A program made the translations under genes and the position numbers. A DNA stretch of 60,827 nt from Pedosphaera sp. (GTDB lineage: Bacteria > Verrucomicrobiota > Verrucomicrobiia > Limisphaerales > AAA164-E04): NCBI GenBank assembly GCA_002686885.1, contig NYYT01000111.1:19133-79959 (forward strand). The letters are read 5' to 3'. Positions 9,801-17,750 of this stretch are shown piece by piece. Each line of letters starts with the position of its first letter. The stretch's first letter is position 1. Below the pieces are notes generated by a model. The model saw only the letters and a list, made by a program, of their open reading frames with translations, did not search any database and was not told the DNA's origin.

Positions 9801-10575
9801 GTTCAAAGGTGACTCCTTCAAAAGGAGGATGTGGCTTGCGAGATTGCCCCTCCCCAAACCTACTGGAGATGACCGAAGAGGGTGGCACCACTGGGTCAGG
9901 CAGCACCTCAAGCATCAGATTCCTGAAGGCAATCTCAGCCTTACAGTTCCCATGGATTTGCAGAGCAATCTTACCCGTTTGTTCGATCCTCTCCTCTTCC
10001 TCCACATAAGAGACGGTCAAGGTCTCGTTCAAAAACAAACGAACCTGAGGCCCTTCGACCCACACTTCGTACTGATTCCATTCGCCCGGTTTTTCGAGCT
10101 GATCGATCAAGTCGCTATCTGCTTGAACCAGCATGCGACGGCGTCTGGATTCATCATAGAGACTTCCTGAATAACCCGCTCCAATGTCGGCTTGGTAACC
10201 TATCATTTCATTGGAAGGGTTTACCAAGCGTTGACTGCGGAATTGTACGCCCCCATTGATAAAGCCTTCGATACCCACCAAGCGATATTCAAATCGAAGC
10301 CGAAAGTGTTTAAACTCTCGGGTGGTGGCGAGAAATTCGTTTTGTGGGTTCCCCTCCATGGAGCCCCCGACAATGGTTCCATCCTCCACTCGCCAAACCC
10401 CGGGATGGGGGCTCTCCCAGCCATCCAGATTCCGCCCGTTAAAAAGCATCATTTCATCAGCTCTGACAGGGCGAACAAGGAGACCCATCGCCAAAAAAAG
10501 AGGCAAAAGCCAAAGGGAAAACCGGAGCGTCACCGAAGGAGCTGAAGAGCAGTTCACTTGCATGGGAGACTTCAA
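6817..10575 (-). CDS. Giant secreted PVC-type heme-binding CxxCH protein: DUF1080 + SGNH-like + dehydrogenase-type propeller + HEAT repeats + cytochrome c
   Basis: 1252-aa ORF with a signal peptide (LWLLPLFLAMGLLVRPVRA). DUF1080-like region (FNGRNLDGWE...GKIALQIHG...FRNLML). SGNH-like region (DGIHLN). Propeller lead motif GFQAHLVASEEQDVVNPIQIAWDGAGRLYV. HEAT-like PDARVR/PHPRVR repeats. C-terminal CLPCHQADGKG heme motif. Confidence 0.8.
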   Translation of the reverse strand: MKSPMQVNCSSAPSVTLRFSLWLLPLFLAMGLLVRPVRADEMMLFNGRNLDGWESPHPGVWRVEDGTIVGGSMEGNPQNEFLATTREFKHFRLRFEYRLVGIEGFINGGVQFRSQRLVNPSNEMIGYQADIGAGYSGSLYDESRRRRMLVQADSDLIDQLEKPGEWNQYEVWVEGPQVRLFLNETLTVSYVEEEERIEQTGKIALQIHGNCKAEIAFRNLMLEVLPDPVVPPSSVISSRFGEGQSRKPHPPFEGVTFEPLQEGRLVWVGQENAVMEQEHGFFEALMQTAFASSRMTFRSMAWEGDTVYEQWRDLHFGPWPEQLRAATCSTLLVQYGQMEALDGLERLTEFKVAYHQLLDAFAQQTQRCILVSPIPYEDPQAPYAPRLSQYNEVLKAYAQTIESIARERSLIYLDLYTPFLNKAGNSKPMTRDGIHLNEDGLRRVAMEMARQLGGFPSPETTSPKLRSAIIAKNRLWFDAWRPANWSFAYGDRVSQRFATAAGNLPSLHGSLKQRREQIAAYDDMIHRLAFGSQESLPEYPTVGDQGVSPEALSPEEQLASFEMAEGFQAHLVASEEQDVVNPIQIAWDGAGRLYVACSPSYPQSLASVRPSDYILVLEDENGDGLADKHWRFAEGLTMIQGLEPGPGGVYACDFDQLVFLRDEDGDLRADRREVLFSGFGVGDTHQLINSISHGIDGSLWFTQGLHAMSLVETPWGIKRLDRAAVWRLRPQSMLLEGFFGGGMAGANCWGVAEDDYGQVFHKTGDRPQGYWTVPGMIRGASPMGGGSRTVANQSYAASPEQYHGVGNLFDTSPKTTSLDFVGTRAMPESIQGAALIGGYFGSLVELHQLEDDGAGFRSSQLPRVMVSSDSSFRPVDVSMGPDGAMYLADWYNRVIGHYQASYADPQRDKHHGRIWRIASTRHEPVQAPNMEQLGIRELISHLHSPERWFRHQARRRLFYLPSTEVLQALDAHRQQFAQESPEPLNERHLIEWAGVYQAHESPRATLISKMLGSPDARVRSYGVRALSGWADRLEVSEDWLEKMAEDPHPRVRLEAVVACSYLRRPASIAVALKVLDHSRDRFIDYALRQTARSLQPIWEPVLREGQLALEMPEHEAYLRALTTEEPVTLSQGELLYQKACLPCHQADGKGLPGFYPSLESSDWVSGDPGRLIRIVLHGLEGPITLNGEAFLSKTPIAMPGFAGLGNEEIAQLLSYVRGDFGNQASAISGAQVQKVRMEEAQRSTPWKESSLR

Positions 10576-10683
10576 ATCATCGCGAATATCGGCTCGGACA
10601 ACAAGTGCAAAGCATCACCTGCCCCAGACCCGGGATGAGAAGGACAGACGACCTACTGATTCGAGGACCCCAAGCCGGCTGAG

Positions 10684-10800
10684 TCAGCGATTAAAAATGG
10701 AAATGATGTTGATCCCCAAGCTTTCGGCGATTGAAAACAGGAAGAGCAGAGTCGGCGGAAGAAGGAGAATGAACAACACCACCACCTTTTTCCACTTCAT
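10684..10800 (-). CDS. Candidate 38-aa single-TM micro-protein translationally coupled to the DUF2237 gene
   Basis: Found by own reading; it is below the ORF-track length cutoff. ATG 10800-10798 overlaps the DUF2237 stop as ATGA. GGAGGA (plus-strand tcctcc, 10807-10812) lies 6 nt upstream. Translation is MKWKKVVVLFILLLPPTLLFLFSIAESLGINIISIFNR, with the stop at 10686-10684. Confidence 0.4.
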   Translation of the reverse strand: MKWKKVVVLFILLLPPTLLFLFSIAESLGINIISIFNR

Positions 10801-11192
10801 GCATCATCCTCCGATTCATCCAGTGCGTGCTCCTTCAAAACATCGAGATCCACAAACTCGAGGGCGGAAACATGCGTCGATTCAAGTTTCACGGGAGGGG
10901 CACAGCCAGCTTGGAGCGCTTCCACCCATCGGTTGAGACACACACACCAGCAATCTCCAGGCTTGAGCCCCGGAAATTGAAACTGCGGATTGGGTGTCAT
11001 CAAGTCATTCCCTCGGGAGCGACCGAAGAGCAGAAAAGCTTCCGTCACCTTGACACAAACGACATGCAGGCCGTGATCACCCGGGCCGGTATGACATTTC
11101 CCGTTACGATAAAAACCCGTCAGAGGGTTGGTGCAACAGGTTTCGAGGGGGGTCCCCAACACATTACTGGCTGTCTCCTTGGGCTCATTCAT
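10797..11192 (-). CDS. DUF2237 family protein
   Basis: 131-aa ORF. NPLTGFYRNGKCHTGPGDHGLHVVCV...RGNDLMTPNPQFQFPGLKPGDCWCVCLNRW matches the conserved Cys-rich DUF2237 pattern. Confidence 0.8.
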   Translation of the reverse strand: MNEPKETASNVLGTPLETCCTNPLTGFYRNGKCHTGPGDHGLHVVCVKVTEAFLLFGRSRGNDLMTPNPQFQFPGLKPGDCWCVCLNRWVEALQAGCAPPVKLESTHVSALEFVDLDVLKEHALDESEDDA

Positions 11193-11337
11193 GAACAGGG
11201 GCTACGTTGCCTCTCTTGGCCGGGCATTGCAACCCCATAGAGGCTGGGAAAAGTCTGAAGGCTCGCAAGAAGGACGCTGTGTCGTGTAGCATGTCCAAAA
11301 TCCGTTTCGGCAAGAATGCACGGATACCTCTCTACCT

Positions 11338-12753
11338 GTGTTGATCCATCCACGACACCCCATCACCCATCTCCTGGGATGCTTACTCCTTCTGGCCTCT
11401 AGCCCTTTGGCAAAGGGCATCGATCGTCCCGACATCCTGATGATCGTTGTGGATGACCTGAACGATTGGATTCCTCTGCTGGATCCTGAGGCCCCCGCGC
11501 GAACGCCTCACCTGGACCAACTTGCGACAAGAGGCATGACATTCACGCGAGCCTATTGCATGGCGCCGGCATGCAACCCATCGCGCGTCGCGACCTTGAC
11601 AGGTCTGAGACCCTCCACAACGGGCGTTTATGGCAATAGAAGTGATTGGAAAAAAGCCCTTCCCAACCGTCCCACCATCATGCAGGCGTTGCGTGCGTCA
11701 GACTACCAGATCATGGGAGCGGGCAAGGTTTTCCACCATCAACTCGATGGAGCCTTTCACGATCCCAAGGCCTTCGATGCCTACACCCCCATGAGAAAGC
11801 AGCGTTACCCAATCACCAAATTGAATCGAGCGCCTGGATATGGTTCCAGAAACACCGATTGGGGAGCCTGGCCTGAGAAGGAGGAAGAGACGATCGACGC
11901 AGGAACCATCGAGGCCTGCATCCAAGCCCTGGAGAACCGGGATCCCAATCGCCCGCTTTTTTTAGTCTGCGGACTCTTCAAACCCCATTCGCCTTTTTTC
12001 GCGCCACGGGCCTTCCATCCCCCACCCCACACCCTTCCCCTACCTGTACCAACCCCTTTTTCTCGTTCGGAATGGCCAGCAGGAGCCTGGACCTTGCAAA
12101 GGCCCTCGCGGTGGTTTTGGAAGGGAATGATGGACCTTGAGAGGGAGCAACCCGGTTCCTACAGGCAGTGGGTGGAGTCCTACGTCGCCTGCGTGCAGTT
12201 CATGGATCACCAGCTGGGGAGATTGATGGAGGCTTTGGATGCCTCCCCACGCGGCAAGGAAACCATGATCATCCTGTGGTCGGATCATGGTTTCCATCTG
12301 GGCGAACGACATCACATGGAAAAATTCATGCTGTGGGAGAAAACCACCCGAATCCCCTTGATCGTTGTCCTTCCCGGGACCACCCTCGGTCATCAACGAT
12401 GCGACACACCTGTCGATCTGAGCACCCTGTATCCAACGCTTTTGGAAGTTGCCGGAGGGCCCTCAACCATTCCTTGCGATGGCAAAAGTCTGATCCCTCT
12501 GCTGAAAAACCCGGAAGCCGACTGGCAGACTCCTGCCATCACGACCTACTTACCCGGAAACCATGCCATCCGTTCGCCGCGATGGCGCTACATTCGCTAT
12601 GCCGATGGATCGGAAGAGCTCTACGACCACTCGGTAGACCCTGAGGAATGGGTGAACCTGGCACAACAAGCGCATGCGCATGCCATCAAGAAGCGCTTGG
12701 CTGGGTGGCTTCCCCAAAACGAAGCCACTGCGACCCCAAACCTCAAGCGTTGA
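11338..12753 (+). CDS. Cys-type sulfatase (S1 family)
   Basis: 471-aa ORF with a GTG start and signal-like N-terminus. Contains PDILMIVVDDLND and the formylglycine motif C-N-P-S-R (MAPACNPSRVATLTG). Confidence 0.85.
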   Translation: MLIHPRHPITHLLGCLLLLASSPLAKGIDRPDILMIVVDDLNDWIPLLDPEAPARTPHLDQLATRGMTFTRAYCMAPACNPSRVATLTGLRPSTTGVYGNRSDWKKALPNRPTIMQALRASDYQIMGAGKVFHHQLDGAFHDPKAFDAYTPMRKQRYPITKLNRAPGYGSRNTDWGAWPEKEEETIDAGTIEACIQALENRDPNRPLFLVCGLFKPHSPFFAPRAFHPPPHTLPLPVPTPFSRSEWPAGAWTLQRPSRWFWKGMMDLEREQPGSYRQWVESYVACVQFMDHQLGRLMEALDASPRGKETMIILWSDHGFHLGERHHMEKFMLWEKTTRIPLIVVLPGTTLGHQRCDTPVDLSTLYPTLLEVAGGPSTIPCDGKSLIPLLKNPEADWQTPAITTYLPGNHAIRSPRWRYIRYADGSEELYDHSVDPEEWVNLAQQAHAHAIKKRLAGWLPQNEATATPNLKR

Positions 12754-12765
12754 GAATCCCACTTA

Positions 12766-14202
12766 TTACCAGTCATCGGTTCGAAAGGCGTTCAAGGGCA
12801 TGCCTTGTTGAGAGAACAAGGTTGGGACAGCGGTGTTGCTGAAGCAAAACCGGACGGCGACCGGTTGGGGTACCTGATCGGACTGACAAATCAGCGCGGA
12901 CCCCTCAATCGATACCGAGGCCGGGTGAAACACCCGATCCACACCCGCCAGTTCGAAGCCTGTAATACGATCTTCCCGGGCCACCAGCCCACCTGCAGCA
13001 TGATCCACTTGAATACGGACCTTGCGACCGCGAATCTCGTGACTCTGATAGGTCGGACTCTGATGGGGCCCGGCCTTGGAATCTCCATACGTTTGATCCA
13101 GCGCCAAGTGCGCCAGGCGCAGACCCACGTCGCGCTTATTGACGGGATGAATGTCCTTGAGATTATCCACTAGATCACTTACGACCACCATACCGGTTTC
13201 AGGAAGCGAGAGGGATTGGGTTTGCGCTTCTCGCAGCCTCGCCGCCACCATGGGTTCATCATAGGCGAATGGAGCAATTTGCACGAAATAGAAGGGAAGG
13301 GACTCCTGCTGCCAGGCATCTCTCCAGGATTGAATCATGGAAGTGAAGAGGGATCGGTAGGTTGAGGCAGTTTTCACGTTGGACTCCCCCTGATACCAGA
13401 TGACCCCGGAAATGTGATAGGGCGTGATGGGGTGGATCATGGCATTGTAGGTGAGTCCCGGATCTTTGGGCCACCAGGCAAAGGGCTCCAGTTCGCCAGC
13501 GGCTTCCAGCAACGCCGGATGTTCGACAACCACTTTTTCGGGAGTCCACACCTCGGCAGGGGTGCCCCCCCAATAGGCACCGATCAGGCCAACCGGCACC
13601 TGCAATCGTTGATGGAGTCGTTTCCCAAAAAAATAACCGACGGCACTGAATGATGGCATGGTCTCGGGAGAACACACTTTCCAGCGACCCTCGCATTGGT
13701 CCTGCGGATGCTGTGAAGTGGTTTTCGGAATCTCAAAAAACCGCATCTCAGGCAACACCGCAAGAGGCCCCTCTTCCAGAGACTGAGGCAACTGCTGCCG
13801 CCCACTCCACTCCATATTGCTTTGCCCGCTGCACAGCCAGACTTCCCCGACCATCACATCCTTCACGACATGTTCATTGGTTCCAGCTATACGAACCTCA
13901 TGGGGGCCGCCTGCCTTGGGGGTGGACATGTTGAAATGCCACCTCCCCCCTGAATCGGCCACGCCTTCGATCGATTCTCCCCACGAACTCTGAATCGTGA
14001 TCTTTTCGGCGGGATCCGCCCATCCCCACCAGCGCACTTGGCTACCCTCTTGCAACACCATGTGATCCGAAATCACCGAGGGGAGTCTTACCTCCGCTCG
14101 CAGAAAATAACCCCCCACCCCACACCATGCGAGGAAGCCATAGAGGAGGCCCTTGAGCAGACGAGGAGAGGTGCCATCGTGGCTGTAAGAAAATGGTATC
14201 AT
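12766..14202 (-). CDS. Sialate O-acetylesterase-like SGNH esterase
   Basis: 478-aa ORF. GEVWLCSGQSNMEW and VIWYQGESN are the family's signature blocks. N-terminal hydrophobic leader present. Confidence 0.8.
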   Translation of the reverse strand: MIPFSYSHDGTSPRLLKGLLYGFLAWCGVGGYFLRAEVRLPSVISDHMVLQEGSQVRWWGWADPAEKITIQSSWGESIEGVADSGGRWHFNMSTPKAGGPHEVRIAGTNEHVVKDVMVGEVWLCSGQSNMEWSGRQQLPQSLEEGPLAVLPEMRFFEIPKTTSQHPQDQCEGRWKVCSPETMPSFSAVGYFFGKRLHQRLQVPVGLIGAYWGGTPAEVWTPEKVVVEHPALLEAAGELEPFAWWPKDPGLTYNAMIHPITPYHISGVIWYQGESNVKTASTYRSLFTSMIQSWRDAWQQESLPFYFVQIAPFAYDEPMVAARLREAQTQSLSLPETGMVVVSDLVDNLKDIHPVNKRDVGLRLAHLALDQTYGDSKAGPHQSPTYQSHEIRGRKVRIQVDHAAGGLVAREDRITGFELAGVDRVFHPASVSIEGSALICQSDQVPQPVAVRFCFSNTAVPTLFSQQGMPLNAFRTDDW

Positions 14203-14275
14203 TGCGGGTCAGGATGGGCTTCCCTTACCAGAATGGCAAACGATTCATCGCTTGCGATGATAAGCCCGGTAGGCT

Positions 14276-17200
14276 TCAGCGTTTTTTGAGCGATTTCAAA
14301 TACGCGATCAAGTCACGCACCTCCGATGTTTTCAGCGACTCCATCAAGCCTTCAGGCATGGCGGACAGGCTGGGAAGGCGTTCAGCAATATCCACCAAGG
14401 GAAGGTGTTTGAGGGCTCCGGTGGCCAACCGCAAAGTCAGGGTCGTCTCATCCTGCTGTGTGACCACGCCCACCCATTCCTCCTCGTTATGCAAGACCAC
14501 ATTTTCTGAGATATACCCCGGAGTGACGCTGGCATTGGGCTCCAGAATGGCCTCCAGAATGGCTTCCGCTGAGAGCCGATCTCCCAGATGGTCCAAGGAG
14601 GGCCCCACCACGCCTCCTTGCCCTTCAATTTGATGACAACGCAGACAGGCAATTTCAGCACGGTTGAGGAACAGGTCTCTGCCTGCCTCAAGGTGACCGC
14701 CCTCAAGGACAGCCGTTGCGAACGGCCAGACCTCCTGCTCTTGAGCCTTCTGGCGATAGTGCTGCCACCAAGCCAAAGATTCAGGTTGATCACTGGACTG
14801 CACCAATTCCAGCAGTTCCAGCCGTAGTGCGGGTGGAAACTCGCCCTCAAGGAACTGCTGCCACCATTGGGTTCTCAACTTCTGCGGTTGTTCTCCCGAG
14901 AGTCTCCACATCGACTGCAAGGCCAAACGCCGTATCGCCATCGTCGATTCCGGGTCTTCCCACCACTTCGTGAGGGTTGCCTGAAGATCCCCGGGAGCGG
15001 TCTTTTCATAAACCTTCAAAGCAACGGATCGGACCGCGTCAGCGTCATCCCTGAGGCCACGCTGGAGCCATGCCGCTTGTGACTCTGCGTCAAAATCGAT
15101 CAGGCCAGCCAAAGCCCGTGCCCGCAGGGAATCCGGCAATTTCACATCCATGAACGCTCTCTCCAGCCAGGGTTGGATTTCCGGCCATTGGCGATCCAAA
15201 CCCCACGAGAGAAGGGTTTCGGTAAGAGGCACATGCTTGAAGTCCATCAACGGGGTCAGGCTTTCCCAAAGGTCAAAAGTCCATGTCGGATTCCGCTGGG
15301 GGCCAGGTCGCCACAAGCCATCCACTGGGTCCAGGTCGCGCACTTGATCCCATTGAGACAACATGTGCACCGCTTCCAGCAGCGTCGAGTCAGAGACCGT
15401 TTGCGATCCGTCTTTCGCCTGTTCTTGAAGCCATTCTAAGAGCTGCTGGAGCTGGTCGGTGTTGGCTTGATAGTAAAAGGTCCAAAGCCATCGTTTCCAG
15501 ACACCTGGAGAGGAGGCCATATCAGGTGTCCATTCCATGACGCGATCTCCAAGAGGATTCATCCGCGCCTCATAAATGGCGCGCATGGCAGCACCGCTCA
15601 CCTCAGGAGAAGGGTCGTCCAGCAAGCTTCCCAGGGAAGGATGTTTCAACCGTTTCATCGCCAGGGCCATTCCCATGCGGGCTGAAACGTCGTATTTTCG
15701 CATCCATGTCTGGTGCTGCTGTTCAAACCGGGTTGGAAAGCGTTTGATCCATGCAGCAATAAAACGATGGATTCCGTGCTTGAGGTGAGCCTGCATGCTC
15801 TCACCACCTTGATCCAGCTGACCAAAAGCCTTCTCCAGGCTCTGTTGAATGTCCCACGAACTCCCAAAATCGAATACGGTTTCCATGGCACGTGAGAGGG
15901 CCAGCCATGCATGAAGACGCACCATCGGGGAGGCATCCATGGTGGCTTCCATGGCCCTGGGCAAATCCCCCTTTTCAGGTCGGTCGGCCATCCACTCCAA
16001 GGCCACTCGACGCACCGCGGGGTGAGGATCGTCCATGGCAAGGAGCATGGCTTTGTCACGAGCCCCCCGATGAAGTTCATGTTCCGAACGTGAGTGCTGA
16101 TTCAAACACCAGAGAGCATGAAGACGCCCCATGACACCCGCTTGATGCTCCAGAGCCTGCAACAAGGCGGCAACGGTTGAAGGGCCCATCTCTGCCAGTT
16201 GAAACTGTGCCTCTCGGCGCAACCACAGGTTGGGATGATCCAGAAAACCGACGAGCAGGTTCGTATCGCTGCTTTCCCGGATCCTTTTCAATTCATGGCG
16301 CACGTCCTGCCCAAGCTTACCCACATTGGAATCGTTGGGACTGAGTCGGTACAAACGCCCTTTGTTGGGTTGCTGCCAGCCTGCTACCCAATCAGCCACA
16401 TACATGGCCCCATCGGGCCCGAAAGCCATGTCCGTGGCCCAAAGCTGCCATAACCAGGGTTCCACCGATTCGGCACGATAGGTGGCGCCTTGAGGCTTGA
16501 GATCAAATTGACGAATCCCCCCTGGGAAATCAGAAAGAAAGAATGGGCCAGGAATATCCGAGCGACGGCCGGCTTCAGGGTGGACAGCAAAACCGGACGG
16601 ACCCTGAGCCACATATCCGGCGGATGGCAGCACATCATCCACATCTCCCTTCCATCGTCCTTCCTCAACCCAGGGACCAAATCCCTTCATGTGCTGATAG
16701 GAACAACGCCATCCATAGTCACCGTCCCTCACGATATGCAACAAACGAGAACGGTCCGCTCCGGCGGTGTCATTATCTCCGGCAAACAGCGATCCATAGG
16801 GATCGAAAGCCAGCTCCTGGGGGTTGCGCAGCCCGACCGCGACCACCTCCAGGTGACTGCCATCGGGCTCACAGCGCAGCACGCAACCGGTATCCGGATA
16901 AGCATGCACGAACCCCTGCTGAGTCACATGCATGCCCCGGTCTCCTATGGTGAAATACAATCGGCCCTCGGGACCCCAGGTAATCCCATGTAAATCATGC
17001 CCAGAAACACCGACATGCACCCCAAAGCCATCCAGCAAAGCCTCTATATCATTAGCGTGATTTCCTGATTCAGAGGGTTCGATCCGCCAAAGGGTAGGAA
17101 GGCATTGGAACCAGACTTGACCGCGATGGGCCAGAACGCCTGCGGCCGGACCCGTTGGAATGCTTCGAAACTCCTGAGCCAGGATGTCGTTGACCTCAAA

Positions 17201-17731
17201 CCAACCGTCCCCGTCGCGATCCTCCAGACGACGCAACCGTTCCGAACCGCGCCCCAGCCTTCCCAGATCATCCCGAAACTGCTGTTTCAAAAAATCTGTG
17301 CGATCCCTGACCTGGCGAAACGAAAGATCTGCGGGAAGCCAGTCCGGCCGTAAGGTCACCACGTCGAACACCGCATCCTGATAACGATCGGTTTCAGCCA
17401 GATAGATCCGACCGTCCACATCCACACTGAGTGCGATCATGTTCAGCACGTTGGGCTCCGCGGCAGCAAGCTGGAGCTCATAGCCGACAGGTACTTCCAC
17501 CTGCTTCATGCCCTGCTGGGCCTCGACGCTTGCATGCTCGGCAGCTTGAGTCGAAAAACCAACGACAGCGATCCATGAGACCCAGAAAACACCCTCCATT
17601 CCTTCAGCAAGGACTGATCTACCATGCACCAACGATCGTTGATCGAGCGCTTTGTCTTGCCGGTGGCGCAGAATCCACAGGAAGCCTCCAAGGAGACGTT
17701 GAACGAGCACATCAATGAATGAGAAAGCCAT
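14276..17731 (-). CDS. Giant PVC-type heme-binding CxxCH protein: dehydrogenase-type propeller + HEAT repeats + cytochrome c
   Basis: Propeller lead motif GYELQLAAAEPNVLNMIALSVDVDGRIYL. HEAT-like repeats (DPHPAVRRVALEW, SPMVRLHAW). C-terminal CLRCHQIEGQGG. The ORF-track start at 17806 overlaps the upstream gene, so ATG 17731 (or 17599) is more plausible. Confidence 0.78.
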   Translation of the reverse strand: MAFSFIDVLVQRLLGGFLWILRHRQDKALDQRSLVHGRSVLAEGMEGVFWVSWIAVVGFSTQAAEHASVEAQQGMKQVEVPVGYELQLAAAEPNVLNMIALSVDVDGRIYLAETDRYQDAVFDVVTLRPDWLPADLSFRQVRDRTDFLKQQFRDDLGRLGRGSERLRRLEDRDGDGWFEVNDILAQEFRSIPTGPAAGVLAHRGQVWFQCLPTLWRIEPSESGNHANDIEALLDGFGVHVGVSGHDLHGITWGPEGRLYFTIGDRGMHVTQQGFVHAYPDTGCVLRCEPDGSHLEVVAVGLRNPQELAFDPYGSLFAGDNDTAGADRSRLLHIVRDGDYGWRCSYQHMKGFGPWVEEGRWKGDVDDVLPSAGYVAQGPSGFAVHPEAGRRSDIPGPFFLSDFPGGIRQFDLKPQGATYRAESVEPWLWQLWATDMAFGPDGAMYVADWVAGWQQPNKGRLYRLSPNDSNVGKLGQDVRHELKRIRESSDTNLLVGFLDHPNLWLRREAQFQLAEMGPSTVAALLQALEHQAGVMGRLHALWCLNQHSRSEHELHRGARDKAMLLAMDDPHPAVRRVALEWMADRPEKGDLPRAMEATMDASPMVRLHAWLALSRAMETVFDFGSSWDIQQSLEKAFGQLDQGGESMQAHLKHGIHRFIAAWIKRFPTRFEQQHQTWMRKYDVSARMGMALAMKRLKHPSLGSLLDDPSPEVSGAAMRAIYEARMNPLGDRVMEWTPDMASSPGVWKRWLWTFYYQANTDQLQQLLEWLQEQAKDGSQTVSDSTLLEAVHMLSQWDQVRDLDPVDGLWRPGPQRNPTWTFDLWESLTPLMDFKHVPLTETLLSWGLDRQWPEIQPWLERAFMDVKLPDSLRARALAGLIDFDAESQAAWLQRGLRDDADAVRSVALKVYEKTAPGDLQATLTKWWEDPESTMAIRRLALQSMWRLSGEQPQKLRTQWWQQFLEGEFPPALRLELLELVQSSDQPESLAWWQHYRQKAQEQEVWPFATAVLEGGHLEAGRDLFLNRAEIACLRCHQIEGQGGVVGPSLDHLGDRLSAEAILEAILEPNASVTPGYISENVVLHNEEEWVGVVTQQDETTLTLRLATGALKHLPLVDIAERLPSLSAMPEGLMESLKTSEVRDLIAYLKSLKKR

Positions 17732-17750
17732 TGAAAGAGTAGGAAGAAGT

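Noticed and set aside
10256-10936. 226-aa plus-strand ORF across the giant-protein start and the DUF2237 end
   Set aside because: It overlaps two well-supported minus-strand genes and gives an Arg/Ser/Pro-rich, low-complexity translation. No independent support.
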